64,000 bases of DNA from a virus (IMGVR_UViG_3300029288_000057:32001-96000); one strand, 5' to 3'; counted from the stretch's first letter, positions 19,444 to 29,589 are shown. Translations and numbers: made by a program. The notes: generated from the letters alone by a model not told the origin.

Positions 19444-19911
19444 CTATTCTTCCTCTCTCATTTGTTTTCTCAGCAAGGAAACAATTTGCCTAATGGATTT
19501 TACAGGAACCGACACTTTGCCGAAACCGTTCAAGTCTGCTAATGAACCTGTAGGATATGGTTGGTTATTTCTTTCACCAGGTTCAATTTTGAGTTCACCA
19601 TTTTTCAGGTCTCCAGGGACAAAACTAAGCATAAGACACTTTTCTTTAAAATAGGGGAATACTGATACTCTGCAGCACAGACCCATAGGAATATATTTTT
19701 CATTCTCCTCAAATGTTAATTCGGGCATTCGTTTTTTAACTTCTTCTATTAATGGTTTTATCAGGTTTTCTGTCCAGTGGGGATAAGCTTTTTCTCTCTT
19801 TACTTTCAACCTTTCAATTTGTCTTTCTTTGAGTGCAATCTTTGCCTCTATGGCTGTTTGTGCTTTTTTCTTTTCGACAAAAAGATTCTGAATTTCTGTA
19901 AATTTTTCCAT
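19444..19911 (-). CDS. Hypothetical protein
   Basis: Start moved to MEKF. Confidence 0.75.
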   Translation of the reverse strand: MEKFTEIQNLFVEKKKAQTAIEAKIALKERQIERLKVKREKAYPHWTENLIKPLIEEVKKRMPELTFEENEKYIPMGLCCRVSVFPYFKEKCLMLSFVPGDLKNGELKIEPGERNNQPYPTGSLADLNGFGKVSVPVKSIRQIVSLLRKQMREEE

Positions 19912-20025
19912 GACTTTAATTTTGGTATATAAAGCAAATTGTTTTAAAAAGAGGGAAATTTCACAAAATCTTAGGTTCAAATCTAATTTCCGCTTTTTTA
20001 GACTATTTATAGAAAAGATGAAATT

Positions 20026-21054
20026 ATGAATACATGTTTAAATTGCGGACAAGAAACAAATAACAAAAAATTTTGTTCTATTAAATGCCAAATGGAGTAT
20101 CAGAACAAAGAAAGATGTGATAAGAGGTTTGGGTTGTTTAAAAATTTTACAGTAAAATGTAATAAGTGCGAAAAAGAGCTTATAGTTAATGAAAGAGAAA
20201 AACTATTCCCACAAAAGGAAAAATATTATTGTGGGAGGGGTTGCGCTAATAGTAGAGTACATAATGACATTTCTAAAGAAAAAATTAGAAAAGCGCTAAC
20301 TAAAAACAATGTAGTCAAAATAATTTGTAAACAGTGCAGTGGGGAGTTTGAAGTTCCTTATAAAGAAAGAAAACAGCTGTTTTGTTCCAGAAGCTGTGCT
20401 GCTATATTTAAAGGTAACGTTATAAGAAACACAATAAAAAATAAACCAATAATTAAAATAAGAAAAGAAAAAGATATAAATAAAATTACGTTCATATACA
20501 GTTTAGAATATCCATTGGGGAATATACGATATATAGGAAAATCTGACCATCCAAAAGCCAGATTAAAAGACCACATTAAAGAAGCAAAACAAAGAAATAA
20601 AAGTCATAAAGATAAATGGTTAAATAGCTTAAGCGAGCTTCCAATACTGAACATTATTGAGGAAACTACATACGCCGATTGGCAAGCCAGGGAGATGTAT
20701 TGGATTAAATTTTATAAAGGCAAAGGATTTAATCTTGTTAATGGAACTGACGGAGGGGAAGGTAGTAATGGGTTTCTGGGGAAAACTCATACAATTGAAA
20801 ATAGAAAAAAGCTTGCAGAATGTAATAAAAATAGAATTATTTCACAAGAAACCAAAGATAAATTGAGTGGGGAAAACAGTGGAAGGTGTAAATTAAAGGA
20901 TGATGAGGTGAGAGATGTTTTTCATATGTTTTGTGACGAGCATAAAACTCGTAGGGAGATTGCTGATAAATATAATATTAATCCAAATTATATTAATCAA
21001 CTAATTTCAGGGAGAAAACGCAAAAATATATTTAATGAGTTTAACTCATTATAA
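20026..21054 (+). CDS. GIY-YIG homing endonuclease with Cys-rich repeats, NUMOD3-like and HTH motifs
   Basis: FIY..RYIGKS...R..DH..E..WI..N.TDGGEG; GKTHT.E.RKK; repeated CxxC/FCS..C. Confidence 0.85.
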   Translation: MNTCLNCGQETNNKKFCSIKCQMEYQNKERCDKRFGLFKNFTVKCNKCEKELIVNEREKLFPQKEKYYCGRGCANSRVHNDISKEKIRKALTKNNVVKIICKQCSGEFEVPYKERKQLFCSRSCAAIFKGNVIRNTIKNKPIIKIRKEKDINKITFIYSLEYPLGNIRYIGKSDHPKARLKDHIKEAKQRNKSHKDKWLNSLSELPILNIIEETTYADWQAREMYWIKFYKGKGFNLVNGTDGGEGSNGFLGKTHTIENRKKLAECNKNRIISQETKDKLSGENSGRCKLKDDEVRDVFHMFCDEHKTRREIADKYNINPNYINQLISGRKRKNIFNEFNSL

Positions 21055-21066
21055 ATCAGTATATTG

Positions 21067-21140
21067 TCATGCTGGTGGGAATTGAACCCAACATTGCTGA
21101 TGTGAAAGACCAGATTCCTAACCATTTAGAAGACAGCACG
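21067..21140 (-). tRNA. trnE: tRNA-Glu(TTC)
   Basis: Acceptor CGTGCTG/CAGCATG, anticodon arm CTGGT-CTTTCAC-ATCAG, T loop TTCAATT; no encoded CCA. Confidence 0.85.
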
Positions 21141-21143
21141 TTG

Positions 21144-21220
21144 TACCATGTATGGGACTCGAACCCATGACCTTTGCAGTGAAAGTGCAATGACTTACAA
21201 TCCATCTCGTCGAACATGGC
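21144..21220 (-). tRNA. trnE: tRNA-Glu(TTC)
   Basis: Acceptor GCCATGT/ACATGGT, anticodon arm TTGCA-CTTTCAC-TGCAA, T arm ATGGG-TTCGAGT-CCCAT. Confidence 0.9.
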
Positions 21221-21225
21221 ATAAA

Positions 21226-21254
21226 AAAAGCGGGAGACTTTCGTATCCCGCTTC
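21226..21254 (-). terminator. Intrinsic terminator
   Basis: AAGCGGGA/TCCCGCTT hairpin plus U-run on minus strand. Confidence 0.6.
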
Positions 21255-21374
21255 TAAGCTTTTTGTAAATTAACCTTTTACATAGTTTTGTCAGGGACAC
21301 AATTGTTGTGAACTTCCTCGCTTTCCTCTGTGTAAAAATTAATCTTCATTTTATTCGTAACTTGTTAATTTGTA

Positions 21375-21445
21375 GTGCGGGAGCAGGAGTTGAACCTACA
21401 TATGCTGCTTATGAGACAGCCAATCTACCATTAATATATCCCGCA
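21375..21445 (-). tRNA. tRNA with CAT anticodon (Met or Ile2), weak D arm
   Basis: Acceptor TGCGGGA/TCCCGCA, anticodon arm GCTGT-CTCATAA-GCAGC, T arm GTAGG-TTCAACT-CCTGC. Confidence 0.8.
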
Positions 21446-21492
21446 ATATATTGTATCTTTAAATAGTCAAAAAAAATCTTTTCTACGACTTT

Positions 21493-21520
21493 TATACGCA
21501 AATATACGAAAAAAGTTTCA
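21493..21520 (-). promoter_or_regulatory. Class II promoter TGAAAC-N16-CGTATA for the tRNA cluster
   Basis: About 48 nt upstream of tRNA(CAT). Confidence 0.7.
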
Positions 21521-21548
21521 ATAAACGCAAGAAAAAAGCAAAATATTT

Positions 21549-21917
21549 TTAAAAAACCTTCTTAATATTTATCAATTTTCTTAACTCATACTGTGTTCCA
21601 TCAACAATAGTAATTAATCCCAATTGGTCTTTATATTCCACTTTTCCTTTAAGAGGCTTGCTGTTTACATCATTACAACAATCTTGAAACTCTATTGTGT
21701 CGCCTGGTTTAACAGTTGTATTTTTCACAAATTGTTTACGTATCACAACATTGTCGGGGTGATTTTCAATTTCTTCTTTTGTCATAGGCACTACTTTGTA
21801 CATAAAATCTGGTGTTTGCGTTGCCGCAAAGTCTTCACATTCTTGTTTTGTGCCATCAAAACAACCTTGCCCTTCATCTTCGTGATAGTGTAAGTCTAAT
21901 ACTTGATGTGTTTTCAT
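21549..21917 (-). CDS. Hypothetical protein
   Basis: Array ORF. Confidence 0.7.
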   Translation of the reverse strand: MKTHQVLDLHYHEDEGQGCFDGTKQECEDFAATQTPDFMYKVVPMTKEEIENHPDNVVIRKQFVKNTTVKPGDTIEFQDCCNDVNSKPLKGKVEYKDQLGLITIVDGTQYELRKLINIKKVF

Positions 21918-21936
21918 ACTCAAAATTTTTTAAAAT

Positions 21937-22215
21937 TTATTTTAACAGATAAATAACTGTTGTAACAGCTTTATTCGTCACCATCTGCTTGGCTTTTTTT
22001 ACGTTTTTGTTTACTTCCTTTTTTGCTTCTTTCTTTAAGTTCACTTTCTTTGCATCGGAAATAATCATAGAAGCATGTTCTTCGGTTATCTGTCCGTTTT
22101 TCACCAGTGCGTTTGCATTGGCTTTGCTTCTTTTAACGTAATTGTTTTGTTCAATCGTTGCACAACTGGCAAAGGCAAACATTGCAATGACTAATAGAAT
22201 AACTAACTTTTTCAT
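21937..22215 (-). CDS. Putative lipoprotein
   Basis: MKKLVILLVIAMFAFASC lipobox. Confidence 0.7.
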   Translation of the reverse strand: MKKLVILLVIAMFAFASCATIEQNNYVKRSKANANALVKNGQITEEHASMIISDAKKVNLKKEAKKEVNKNVKKAKQMVTNKAVTTVIYLLK

Positions 22216-22276
22216 CTTGTTTATTTTTTTAATTTATTATATAAAGACATCTGCTCAAAAAAGAAGGAAACTGTCT

Positions 22277-22681
22277 TTAATGTCCCCTCAATACACAATA
22301 CAATTCTTCTCCCTTAAAACCTCTTATCATTTCTCTGAGCAACGCAATTGCCATTTTGAATCTTCGGTATGGTTCAAGCTTGTTGTCAGTAACAATCGCT
22401 TCTAAAACTTCTTTTATGGGGACAAGTCGAAGGGGGGCGCCGTAGCAATCTGTTTTAATTTCAAATTCTTCATCACACTTTTTACAATATCCCTCATAGT
22501 AATAAGTGCGGGGGTACTTCTTGGCATTTCTCTTTTTTTGAATTCTTTCAATAAGCTTACCAAAATTGCCAGTATAAACTTTGGATAGTTCTAAGGAAGC
22601 AAGCTTTATAAAATAAGTCTTTACTCTTCTATGAGGCTCGTCAAGTTTCCTCCCAATCAATAATTCGGTTTCGTATCCCAT
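22277..22681 (-). CDS. Hypothetical protein (MGY start)
   Basis: Array ORF. Confidence 0.75.
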   Translation of the reverse strand: MGYETELLIGRKLDEPHRRVKTYFIKLASLELSKVYTGNFGKLIERIQKKRNAKKYPRTYYYEGYCKKCDEEFEIKTDCYGAPLRLVPIKEVLEAIVTDNKLEPYRRFKMAIALLREMIRGFKGEELYCVLRGH

Positions 22682-22690
22682 GGCATTTAG

Positions 22691-22915
22691 TTATTTTGAG
22701 TTAATAATTTCGAGATATGCCTTTGCTTCTGTTTCGTTGTACATTGCATAGCGATTCATTTGTTTTCCTTTATATGGTTTCAAAGTTTCTTTGTCAACAA
22801 CTTTTCCTTCTTCATTTAAAAAATAGTAATAGGTTGCACAAACTGGCATTCCGCTGGGCAAAGATTTTGCATGATAAGGGATATACTGAGTAAATTGTAA
22901 TGTAAACTTTGCCAT
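22691..22915 (-). CDS. Hypothetical protein
   Basis: Array ORF. Confidence 0.7.
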   Translation of the reverse strand: MAKFTLQFTQYIPYHAKSLPSGMPVCATYYYFLNEEGKVVDKETLKPYKGKQMNRYAMYNETEAKAYLEIINSK

Positions 22916-22990
22916 TGTTATAAATAATTAAGAGTTGAATATATAAAGGATGAGTTCAAAAAAGAGGGAGAGTTTTCACTCTCCGTCTTT

Positions 22991-23512
22991 TTAAGTATGC
23001 ACAAGGTTAAAAAACACTTCTGTATATCCTTTTGGTTTGCGAGGTTCAATAGAAATCAGGTGCCTTGCCCATGAACCAACCAGATTTTGGGGGTCTGTGC
23101 TTCTAAAGTCGCCGCCGCCCCGTCCGTTTTCCTCGCAAGTAAGCAGAGGTAGGGGGTGAATTTGCCAACCGCCTTTATTGGGTACTTTGCTTTTATCCAC
23201 AAACTGTTTTGTAGTATGGTTCACAATGTATTTAGCTTTAACAAGCTGTAAGGGGGGGGAGACTTTGAGTTTATCTTTACAGCGTTGGTAAACATTTGTT
23301 TTTAATCCTTTGTCTTCATCTGCATAGTCGCCTGCCCATACAACAATCTGTGGCTTTTGCAAAATCAGATTTTCAAATGCTCCAACAAATTTGTTTCCCA
23401 ACCATGAATGCTCCATGAGTTTTGCTCCACAGGTATAATCCCATGATTCCATAAACAATTCAACTGTTCTTTTGTTTTTTCCAAGAATACTTGGTTTATA
23501 ATATTGTCCCAT
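22991..23512 (-). CDS. Hypothetical phage protein (MGQYY..KLMEHSW..WAGDY..HPLPLL..GSWA)
   Basis: Single-gene cassette. Confidence 0.8.
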   Translation of the reverse strand: MGQYYKPSILGKNKRTVELFMESWDYTCGAKLMEHSWLGNKFVGAFENLILQKPQIVVWAGDYADEDKGLKTNVYQRCKDKLKVSPPLQLVKAKYIVNHTTKQFVDKSKVPNKGGWQIHPLPLLTCEENGRGGGDFRSTDPQNLVGSWARHLISIEPRKPKGYTEVFFNLVHT

Positions 23513-23574
23513 GACTTCAATTTTTTGGTTAATAATTTATTATATAAAGCAAATTTTTTATAAAAGAGGGAGAG

Positions 23575-23898
23575 TTATTTTGCCAAGTTCATATCTAAAT
23601 CAAAATCAGCTTGGTTATTTTGAACCAGTTCAACTTTCAAATCGAATAATCTGTATTTGTCCGCAATGCTGAGAAAATAACCGTCATGTGCGGCAATAGC
23701 CAAATCTGCAAAGTTAAATTCTCCGCCTGAATATTCCCACATTCTTCTGCCATTTTCATTATAAGTTATATATGTGCTAATGGCGTGTTTAAGAGATTCC
23801 AAAAAAGCATCTGCATGAAGCTTTTCTTCATTTGAAATTGTCATAATAACAGTAATGGTTTTGTCGGCATTTTGCCCTCTTGCAATAAATCTGTTCAT
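23575..23898 (-). CDS. Hypothetical protein
   Basis: Single-gene cassette. Confidence 0.75.
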   Translation of the reverse strand: MNRFIARGQNADKTITVIMTISNEEKLHADAFLESLKHAISTYITYNENGRRMWEYSGGEFNFADLAIAAHDGYFLSIADKYRLFDLKVELVQNNQADFDLDMNLAK

Positions 23899-23955
23899 GG
23901 TTTTTGTTTTTGATTTATGAATATATAAAGCAAATGTTTTTAAAAAGAGGGAGAG

Positions 23956-24702
23956 TTATTTTTTGTTAATAATAAGAATCTTTCCGCCCACTTCTGTGCC
24001 GCTTTCTTTAAATTCTCCAGCGGGAATTGTTTCTGCATATGCAGTTACGTTAACCAACCAATCACGAAATTCTTTTTCTTTCCTGTTGTTTGATGTTTCC
24101 CAGTGTTTGGAAGTAATAGAAACTAACATGCCTCCTTTTTTTAACAGGCTATACATTTTCATTACATGGTCAATATCTTGGTTTTTTGAAAATGGGGGAT
24201 TAGCAATTATTCGGTCATAGTAACCTTCATATTGCTTTGGAATTTTCAAAAAGTCCTCACAAATAAAATGAACATTTGGATGTTTTGCTAATATATTTCC
24301 ATTAATGGCCATTATTTCGCAGCAGTCAACCCAAATAGTTGAAATCTTTCTTACAATAGCATCAACTATTGCGCCTTGCCCTGCTGATGGTTCTAATATT
24401 TTGTGTGAATTTTTTATATCTGCAATACTAACTAATTTATCAGCAAGTTTTTCGGGTGTTCCAAAAAATTGAAATTCTTTTTTTAAATTTCTATTTCCTC
24501 CCTTTGCAATTTGAGTGAGTAATTCTGTGGGGTCTTCCTGGAAAATAAATCCAGCTATTTTCCCACCTTTCCACTTTCCGCCGATTAATTTCAAAGATTC
24601 CGCAACATCCAAATATAGATTTCTATCAAGTTTACCATTTGGCAACTTGACAATTAATCCATCAACCGTACAAGCCTTTAAAATATCTTCTTTTGTTTTC
24701 AT
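23956..24702 (-). CDS. SAM-dependent amino (probably N6-adenine DNA) methyltransferase
   Basis: QFF.TP, LEPSAGQG motif I, DF, IANPPF motif IV, F..SGT. Confidence 0.85.
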   Translation of the reverse strand: MKTKEDILKACTVDGLIVKLPNGKLDRNLYLDVAESLKLIGGKWKGGKIAGFIFQEDPTELLTQIAKGGNRNLKKEFQFFGTPEKLADKLVSIADIKNSHKILEPSAGQGAIVDAIVRKISTIWVDCCEIMAINGNILAKHPNVHFICEDFLKIPKQYEGYYDRIIANPPFSKNQDIDHVMKMYSLLKKGGMLVSITSKHWETSNNRKEKEFRDWLVNVTAYAETIPAGEFKESGTEVGGKILIINKK

Positions 24703-24777
24703 CTTGGTAAATTATAAATATATAAAGCGAATTTATTTAAAAAGAGGGAGAGTTTCTCCCCCTGGTTCATATTTTCT

Positions 24778-25542
24778 TTATGCAGCTACGTTCATTCTTC
24801 TCCCGTCCCCAACTTTTCCCCTTTTATAACCCATGATTCCGTCCTTTCTCATTTTCATAATTGCATCCATTGCACGGCTATTTTTCGCCTGTGTTCCATG
24901 TAAAAGTAGAGCAAACTTTTTACATTTTCTGTCGTAGCAATGGCTGTCGTCGTGGTCGATTTCGATATTCTTTGCTTTTGCTTCTTCTTCGCTAAAAACC
25001 ACTTCTACATTCTTAAGGTTATGTTTTTCAATTAAGCTATCATTTTTTCCGCCCTTTGAAGCAATAAGGTGAAAGTTTTCAGGAATTTCATTTAACTTTG
25101 CAACCCAGAATTTCAGGCTCTTTGTATAAGCATAAAATGTTTTTTCAGGCATTGCTTTGGCAAAGATTAACCAAGCATTAAAATACTTTTGATTAAAAAA
25201 GTCTCCGCTTGAATGTATTCTTACTTTGGCGGCATTCTGCGCCTTTAAATTTGCATTAAAAGAAGCAGCAATCAATTCCGCAATTTCTTTTGATGTATCG
25301 CATTTTCTGATAAGATTATAATTTCTCCACCTTTTTACACGTGCTGCGGGGCTAATTAATTCACTTGTGGCTGCGAAGCAACGGAATTTTGCTTTGGGGT
25401 TAAAAATCATTTTCCCTGTTTTGGGGTTAACCTTATCGCCGCAATCTTTTGAGTAAGGACACGTAAATCCTGCTGGAAGGTCCACTATAACAACGTCATT
25501 CTTTAATTTTGCATTGCCGATACCTAACTGTAAATATTTCAT
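24778..25542 (-). CDS. GP88-like phage protein
   Basis: GNAKL, LPAG.TCP...C..C.A, RIHSSGDF, YAYTKS. Confidence 0.7.
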   Translation of the reverse strand: MKYLQLGIGNAKLKNDVVIVDLPAGFTCPYSKDCGDKVNPKTGKMIFNPKAKFRCFAATSELISPAARVKRWRNYNLIRKCDTSKEIAELIAASFNANLKAQNAAKVRIHSSGDFFNQKYFNAWLIFAKAMPEKTFYAYTKSLKFWVAKLNEIPENFHLIASKGGKNDSLIEKHNLKNVEVVFSEEEAKAKNIEIDHDDSHCYDRKCKKFALLLHGTQAKNSRAMDAIMKMRKDGIMGYKRGKVGDGRRMNVAA

Positions 25543-25654
25543 GATAATATGTTTTTGGTTATAAAAATATAAAGAAACAAAAATAGAAAAGAGGGAAGAA
25601 TTGTCACCAAATTGTTAACAATTGCTAGGTCATTGCTTGAAAAAAAGTGTATAC

Positions 25655-25688
25655 AAAAAACCCCCGCATCCATGCTTGGAGCGGGGGT
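25655..25688 (-). terminator. Intrinsic terminator
   Basis: ACCCCCGC/GCGGGGGT hairpin plus U-run. Confidence 0.7.
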
Positions 25689-25734
25689 CTCACCTTAAAA
25701 CAGCGGGGTCGTGGGTGCGAAGCACGGGCGCCCG

Positions 25735-25968
25735 CTAATAGTTAGTATACGTCTTTCTCGTTAACTTTATTGTGTCTCCGACGTTATAGAAGCGGCAACT
25801 GATTACAGCTTCTTTGCGTCCCGTTCTAACACCCGCTCTGTTTATTGGGGTCATAGTAACCACACAATTGTGTTCGACGCCATTGGGGGTCTTTGAGGTT
25901 ACCACAAATTGAGGGGCTGAGCAGGAACCGAGAAGTGCTATAATTAGTATTAAAAATAACTTTTTCAT
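25735..25968 (-). CDS. Putative lipoprotein
   Basis: MKKLFLILIIALLGSC lipobox; start moved. Confidence 0.7.
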   Translation of the reverse strand: MKKLFLILIIALLGSCSAPQFVVTSKTPNGVEHNCVVTMTPINRAGVRTGRKEAVISCRFYNVGDTIKLTRKTYTNY

Positions 25969-25972
25969 TTTC

Positions 25973-26344
25973 TTAGTTTTCTTCTGATGTGTAATTGTCT
26001 CTGTCCTGAGTGTCTGTATAATTGTCTCTGTCCTGCCCGCTTGTCCCGTCTTCTTCAAACGCTCCTTTTTCCAAAATTTCCAAAATTTCAATCTGTAAGT
26101 GAATTGGCAGGTCGTCTAATAATATTTCACCCAAGTCATAATTAACGTCTGTAATGACTGTTAATTCTCCCGTATACTCATTATCTCTGATACCAACGAG
26201 GTTCTCATTGAGCCCATCTTCATGTTCGACATGAGTAATTGCATCAAACCTCAAATGTTTATTACCAATGATGTTTCTGACAAGCATTTCAATGTCAGCT
26301 TGCATCCTTGTAAGTTCTTGTTTTAAATTTTTGCTAACTAACAT
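25973..26344 (-). CDS. Acidic hypothetical protein with QDRDNYT repeat
   Basis: Array ORF. Confidence 0.75.
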   Translation of the reverse strand: MLVSKNLKQELTRMQADIEMLVRNIIGNKHLRFDAITHVEHEDGLNENLVGIRDNEYTGELTVITDVNYDLGEILLDDLPIHLQIEILEILEKGAFEEDGTSGQDRDNYTDTQDRDNYTSEEN

Positions 26345-26421
26345 TGCCTTAATTTTTTTGGTTATACGAATTTATAAAGTAAATGTTTCGGAAAAGAGGG
26401 AGAGGTTCAATCTCACCCTAT

Positions 26422-26883
26422 TTAATCGTATCGTCCTTTTAAAATCCCTGATTTCTTAACAATTTCCCTTTCTTCCATCGTCATCCCACGCTCCATAAAC
26501 GTGTTGAATGAACCATGAAACGATTTAAATTCGGTAATATTTTTGGCAACATACACACCTATTTTGCTCATGACACTTTCAGGTGTCCTACCAAAATAGC
26601 AATCAAACTGGAGAGTGCCGTCTGGGGGTACAAAACATTCGCCTAATGCTTTTGGATTCCAGTATCTTTTGAAATCTTCGTAGCTGTTGATTTTGTCTTT
26701 GGGGAACATGTGTTCAGGAAAAGTGCCTTTGCCCTGTATAAACCATTCATACTGTGCAATCGTATCAGCTTCGGAAGAAAAACGATATTTCTTAGGAACT
26801 TTTAAGATTTCCAAGCGTGCATTTTGCCTGTCAATGTTCGCTCTCGAACAATCATGTAATTTTATTTGAGTAAATCCGTCCAT
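26422..26883 (-). CDS. Hypothetical protein
   Basis: Single-gene cassette. Confidence 0.8.
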   Translation of the reverse strand: MDGFTQIKLHDCSRANIDRQNARLEILKVPKKYRFSSEADTIAQYEWFIQGKGTFPEHMFPKDKINSYEDFKRYWNPKALGECFVPPDGTLQFDCYFGRTPESVMSKIGVYVAKNITEFKSFHGSFNTFMERGMTMEEREIVKKSGILKGRYD

Positions 26884-26946
26884 GATTTTTATTTTTAAGA
26901 TTATGATTATATAAAGTAAATTGTTTGGAAAAGAGAGAAAGGTGTG

Positions 26947-27933
26947 TTATTTAAACACACTGTAAAACTCTTCCAATCTTTTATTAAATACGTCCTTAAT
27001 TCTGTGCTGTAGTTTTCCATTTACCAGATAATGAAACCTTGCCTCCAAATATAAGTCCAATTTGTTTAAATCAACTTTGAATATTTTTCTTTGTGCTTCC
27101 AAATAATCCACAAATTCACTGCCGACCAAATACTTTTCTAATATATTTTTCAGGTGTATCAATGCTTCATCAAAGGTGGGGAGCGTTTTGCTTTCCATAA
27201 AAATCCACGTGCAAGTTTCTCTTTGATTGTCTTCGCCCCTATCGTAGCCCAAGAAAAATACTACATATAGGTTTTTATTTTCAGTCAGTGTTTTGTTTTT
27301 GAGGTATTGGTTAAACTGAAAGTGGCTCATTGGCAAAATCTCTTGTAAGTGCTTGATGATTTCAACATCACTGAATGGAACGATTTTCATTTTAAAAGGG
27401 TTTCCAAGTGCCAGTTTTTCGTAAAGAGTTTGGGGATTTGGTTCTATGTATTCTCCCAAACATCTTTTTTTAAACCTCCAAGCCTTTTCGTCTTTGACAA
27501 GGATTTCGCCTTTGTCGTCCAATAGTGCATAAACTGGGGCTTGCACTTTGTATCCCCAATAAGTATCAGTTGGCGGTCTTAATACATCACGCAACCAAAC
27601 AATACTAAACCCTTTGCCCTTAAATAAAACTTTTTGTGTTTCACCTTTGGAAAGAATTTCTTCGGAAGTCATTTTACCGTATTTCATATAGTTTGGAAAG
27701 TCTCTCCAGATACTATAAGCTGTAATTATACGTGAATTTGAACCATTTATTTGTAACGGATACTGCCAAATATCACCAACCTTTTTGGCATCTTCAATAT
27801 AAAGTTCGTCTTGAAATCTTACCGACATGAATCTATCATCAGACGGCAGCGACATTTCAATTTTCTTAAGCTGTGCTTTAATGTCTTTTTCTTTTGCAAA
27901 TGCTTTATCGACTTGACTTGCTAATATTTTCAT
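26947..27933 (-). CDS. Hypothetical protein
   Basis: Single-gene cassette, 328 aa. Confidence 0.85.
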   Translation of the reverse strand: MKILASQVDKAFAKEKDIKAQLKKIEMSLPSDDRFMSVRFQDELYIEDAKKVGDIWQYPLQINGSNSRIITAYSIWRDFPNYMKYGKMTSEEILSKGETQKVLFKGKGFSIVWLRDVLRPPTDTYWGYKVQAPVYALLDDKGEILVKDEKAWRFKKRCLGEYIEPNPQTLYEKLALGNPFKMKIVPFSDVEIIKHLQEILPMSHFQFNQYLKNKTLTENKNLYVVFFLGYDRGEDNQRETCTWIFMESKTLPTFDEALIHLKNILEKYLVGSEFVDYLEAQRKIFKVDLNKLDLYLEARFHYLVNGKLQHRIKDVFNKRLEEFYSVFK

Positions 27934-27977
27934 GGCTGTTATTTTGGTTATAAAGAAAACTGTTTTGAAAAGAAGGA

Positions 27978-28238
27978 TTATAATGTGCTTTTTAACACAA
28001 ATCTTTTTATATATTCTATACCAGTAACTTTGTCTTTTTTAACTTCAAATAAATAAAGACCAGTTTTTAAAACCTCCAAAAGAAGATTGTCGGGAACAGG
28101 AACACAAAAACCGCTGTTGTTCCCATAATACTTATTATATCTTTCTTGCGCTTCTTTTTTGGTAATGGGGCTTTTAAATTCAATTACCTCTGCTGGGTAA
28201 TGACTATATTTCACTTTAAAAAAATTATATTTTTTCAT
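27978..28238 (-). CDS. Hypothetical protein
   Basis: Single-gene cassette. Confidence 0.75.
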   Translation of the reverse strand: MKKYNFFKVKYSHYPAEVIEFKSPITKKEAQERYNKYYGNNSGFCVPVPDNLLLEVLKTGLYLFEVKKDKVTGIEYIKRFVLKSTL

Positions 28239-28300
28239 ACCTTTATTTTTTGGTTACAAATACATAAAGACAATAAAATATAAAAGAGGGAAGTCCCCCC

Positions 28301-28513
28301 TTAGCCTGCCAGTTGCAAAACAAAAGTGTCAATCGCTTTTTCTGAAAGTTCTTTCATGGAGAAATATGTTCCGTGTTCGTTTTCCACCACCACGTCATCT
28401 TTAACGCCAACACGAACCAGTTTTACAACTTCTGAATTATCCAGTGTAATTGGCACTGATTCTCTCTTGCCAGAGGCAACAAATAATTTTTTTAGTTTTT
28501 TCATTTTGTCCAT
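28301..28513 (-). CDS. Hypothetical protein
   Basis: Single-gene cassette. Confidence 0.75.
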   Translation of the reverse strand: MDKMKKLKKLFVASGKRESVPITLDNSEVVKLVRVGVKDDVVVENEHGTYFSMKELSEKAIDTFVLQLAG

Positions 28514-28720
28514 TTCTTTTTTTCTTAATTATATAAAGAGAATTGTTTTGAAAAGAGGGAGAGTTTTGTGTATCCAACAAAACAAATGGGATTCGGCCAA
28601 ATCCGAATCCCAATGTCATAACCAAAAAGCCGTTTGTGTTATGGCTGGGGACAGAACGGCGAACCCCAATATTTTTAAAAGCTGTCTTTTAAGTCATTTC
28701 CTTCAGCATCCAGGAGGGAA

Positions 28721-29044
28721 TTATTTGTTGTCAAAATAATACTTAGAGAGAAATTCTTTACAAGCGCCTTCACTCTCCATTAATTCCTTTTGTGTTTCCT
28801 TGGACATCCAAAATCCCATTAAGGAAAAATAAACTCCGCTTCTTTTATCTACAAAGCAGGCACGATTTCCGTTGGGGGTTTCCAACGCTATATTTTCATT
28901 CATGCAAATACAAATATTATCCAACCACTCTTTCAGCGAGGCATATTCTTTTACATCTTTGTATTCAAACCCTTTTACAAAGTTGTCTTGTATGTGATTC
29001 ATACCAAAATATTTGTTAGCGTCTCTGCGATGAATTCTTTTCAT
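28721..29044 (-). CDS. Hypothetical protein
   Basis: Single-gene cassette. Confidence 0.75.
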   Translation of the reverse strand: MKRIHRRDANKYFGMNHIQDNFVKGFEYKDVKEYASLKEWLDNICICMNENIALETPNGNRACFVDKRSGVYFSLMGFWMSKETQKELMESEGACKEFLSKYYFDNK

Positions 29045-29090
29045 GTCTCTGTTTTTTATATAAAGCGAATCTCCTGAAAAAGAGGGAGAG

Positions 29091-29585
29091 TTATCTATCC
29101 CACTTAATCACAAATTTCCAGTCTCCAGTAAATTTTTCTTTAAAGATTCTTTTGCCTGCTGCAATTAAATCTTTTGTTGTCAGGAATCCTGCAATGTAAT
29201 CACCTTCTTTGTAATATTCGTATCTATCAGGGTCAGCTTCCTTTTCTTCTTTTGGTAAAGGTCTGCGGACAACTATATTAAAACTCCTCGTTATTTCTGG
29301 CTGTCTGTTGCTTGATATTCTACTCGTTTTTTCCTTATTAACAAATTCCAAACCTTGAACATGTAATTTTCCATAAAAATGAATTGCACCAATGCTAATC
29401 CCCATCCATGAAGTTATTTCTAATACCACCGTTCTTTTCTTCTCATTATATGGTAAACTTGCAGAACGAATATCTCCATTTCCCACGTCCCACTTTGTTT
29501 TCAAACCTCTCTTGGAATCAAATATTGGAAGGTCTGCGTAATCCTTTTTATAAAGTTCGGGGTGGCTGCTGTCTAAATAATCCAT
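29091..29585 (-). CDS. Hypothetical protein
   Basis: Array ORF. Confidence 0.8.
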   Translation of the reverse strand: MDYLDSSHPELYKKDYADLPIFDSKRGLKTKWDVGNGDIRSASLPYNEKKRTVVLEITSWMGISIGAIHFYGKLHVQGLEFVNKEKTSRISSNRQPEITRSFNIVVRRPLPKEEKEADPDRYEYYKEGDYIAGFLTTKDLIAAGKRIFKEKFTGDWKFVIKWDR

Positions 29586-29589
29586 CTGA

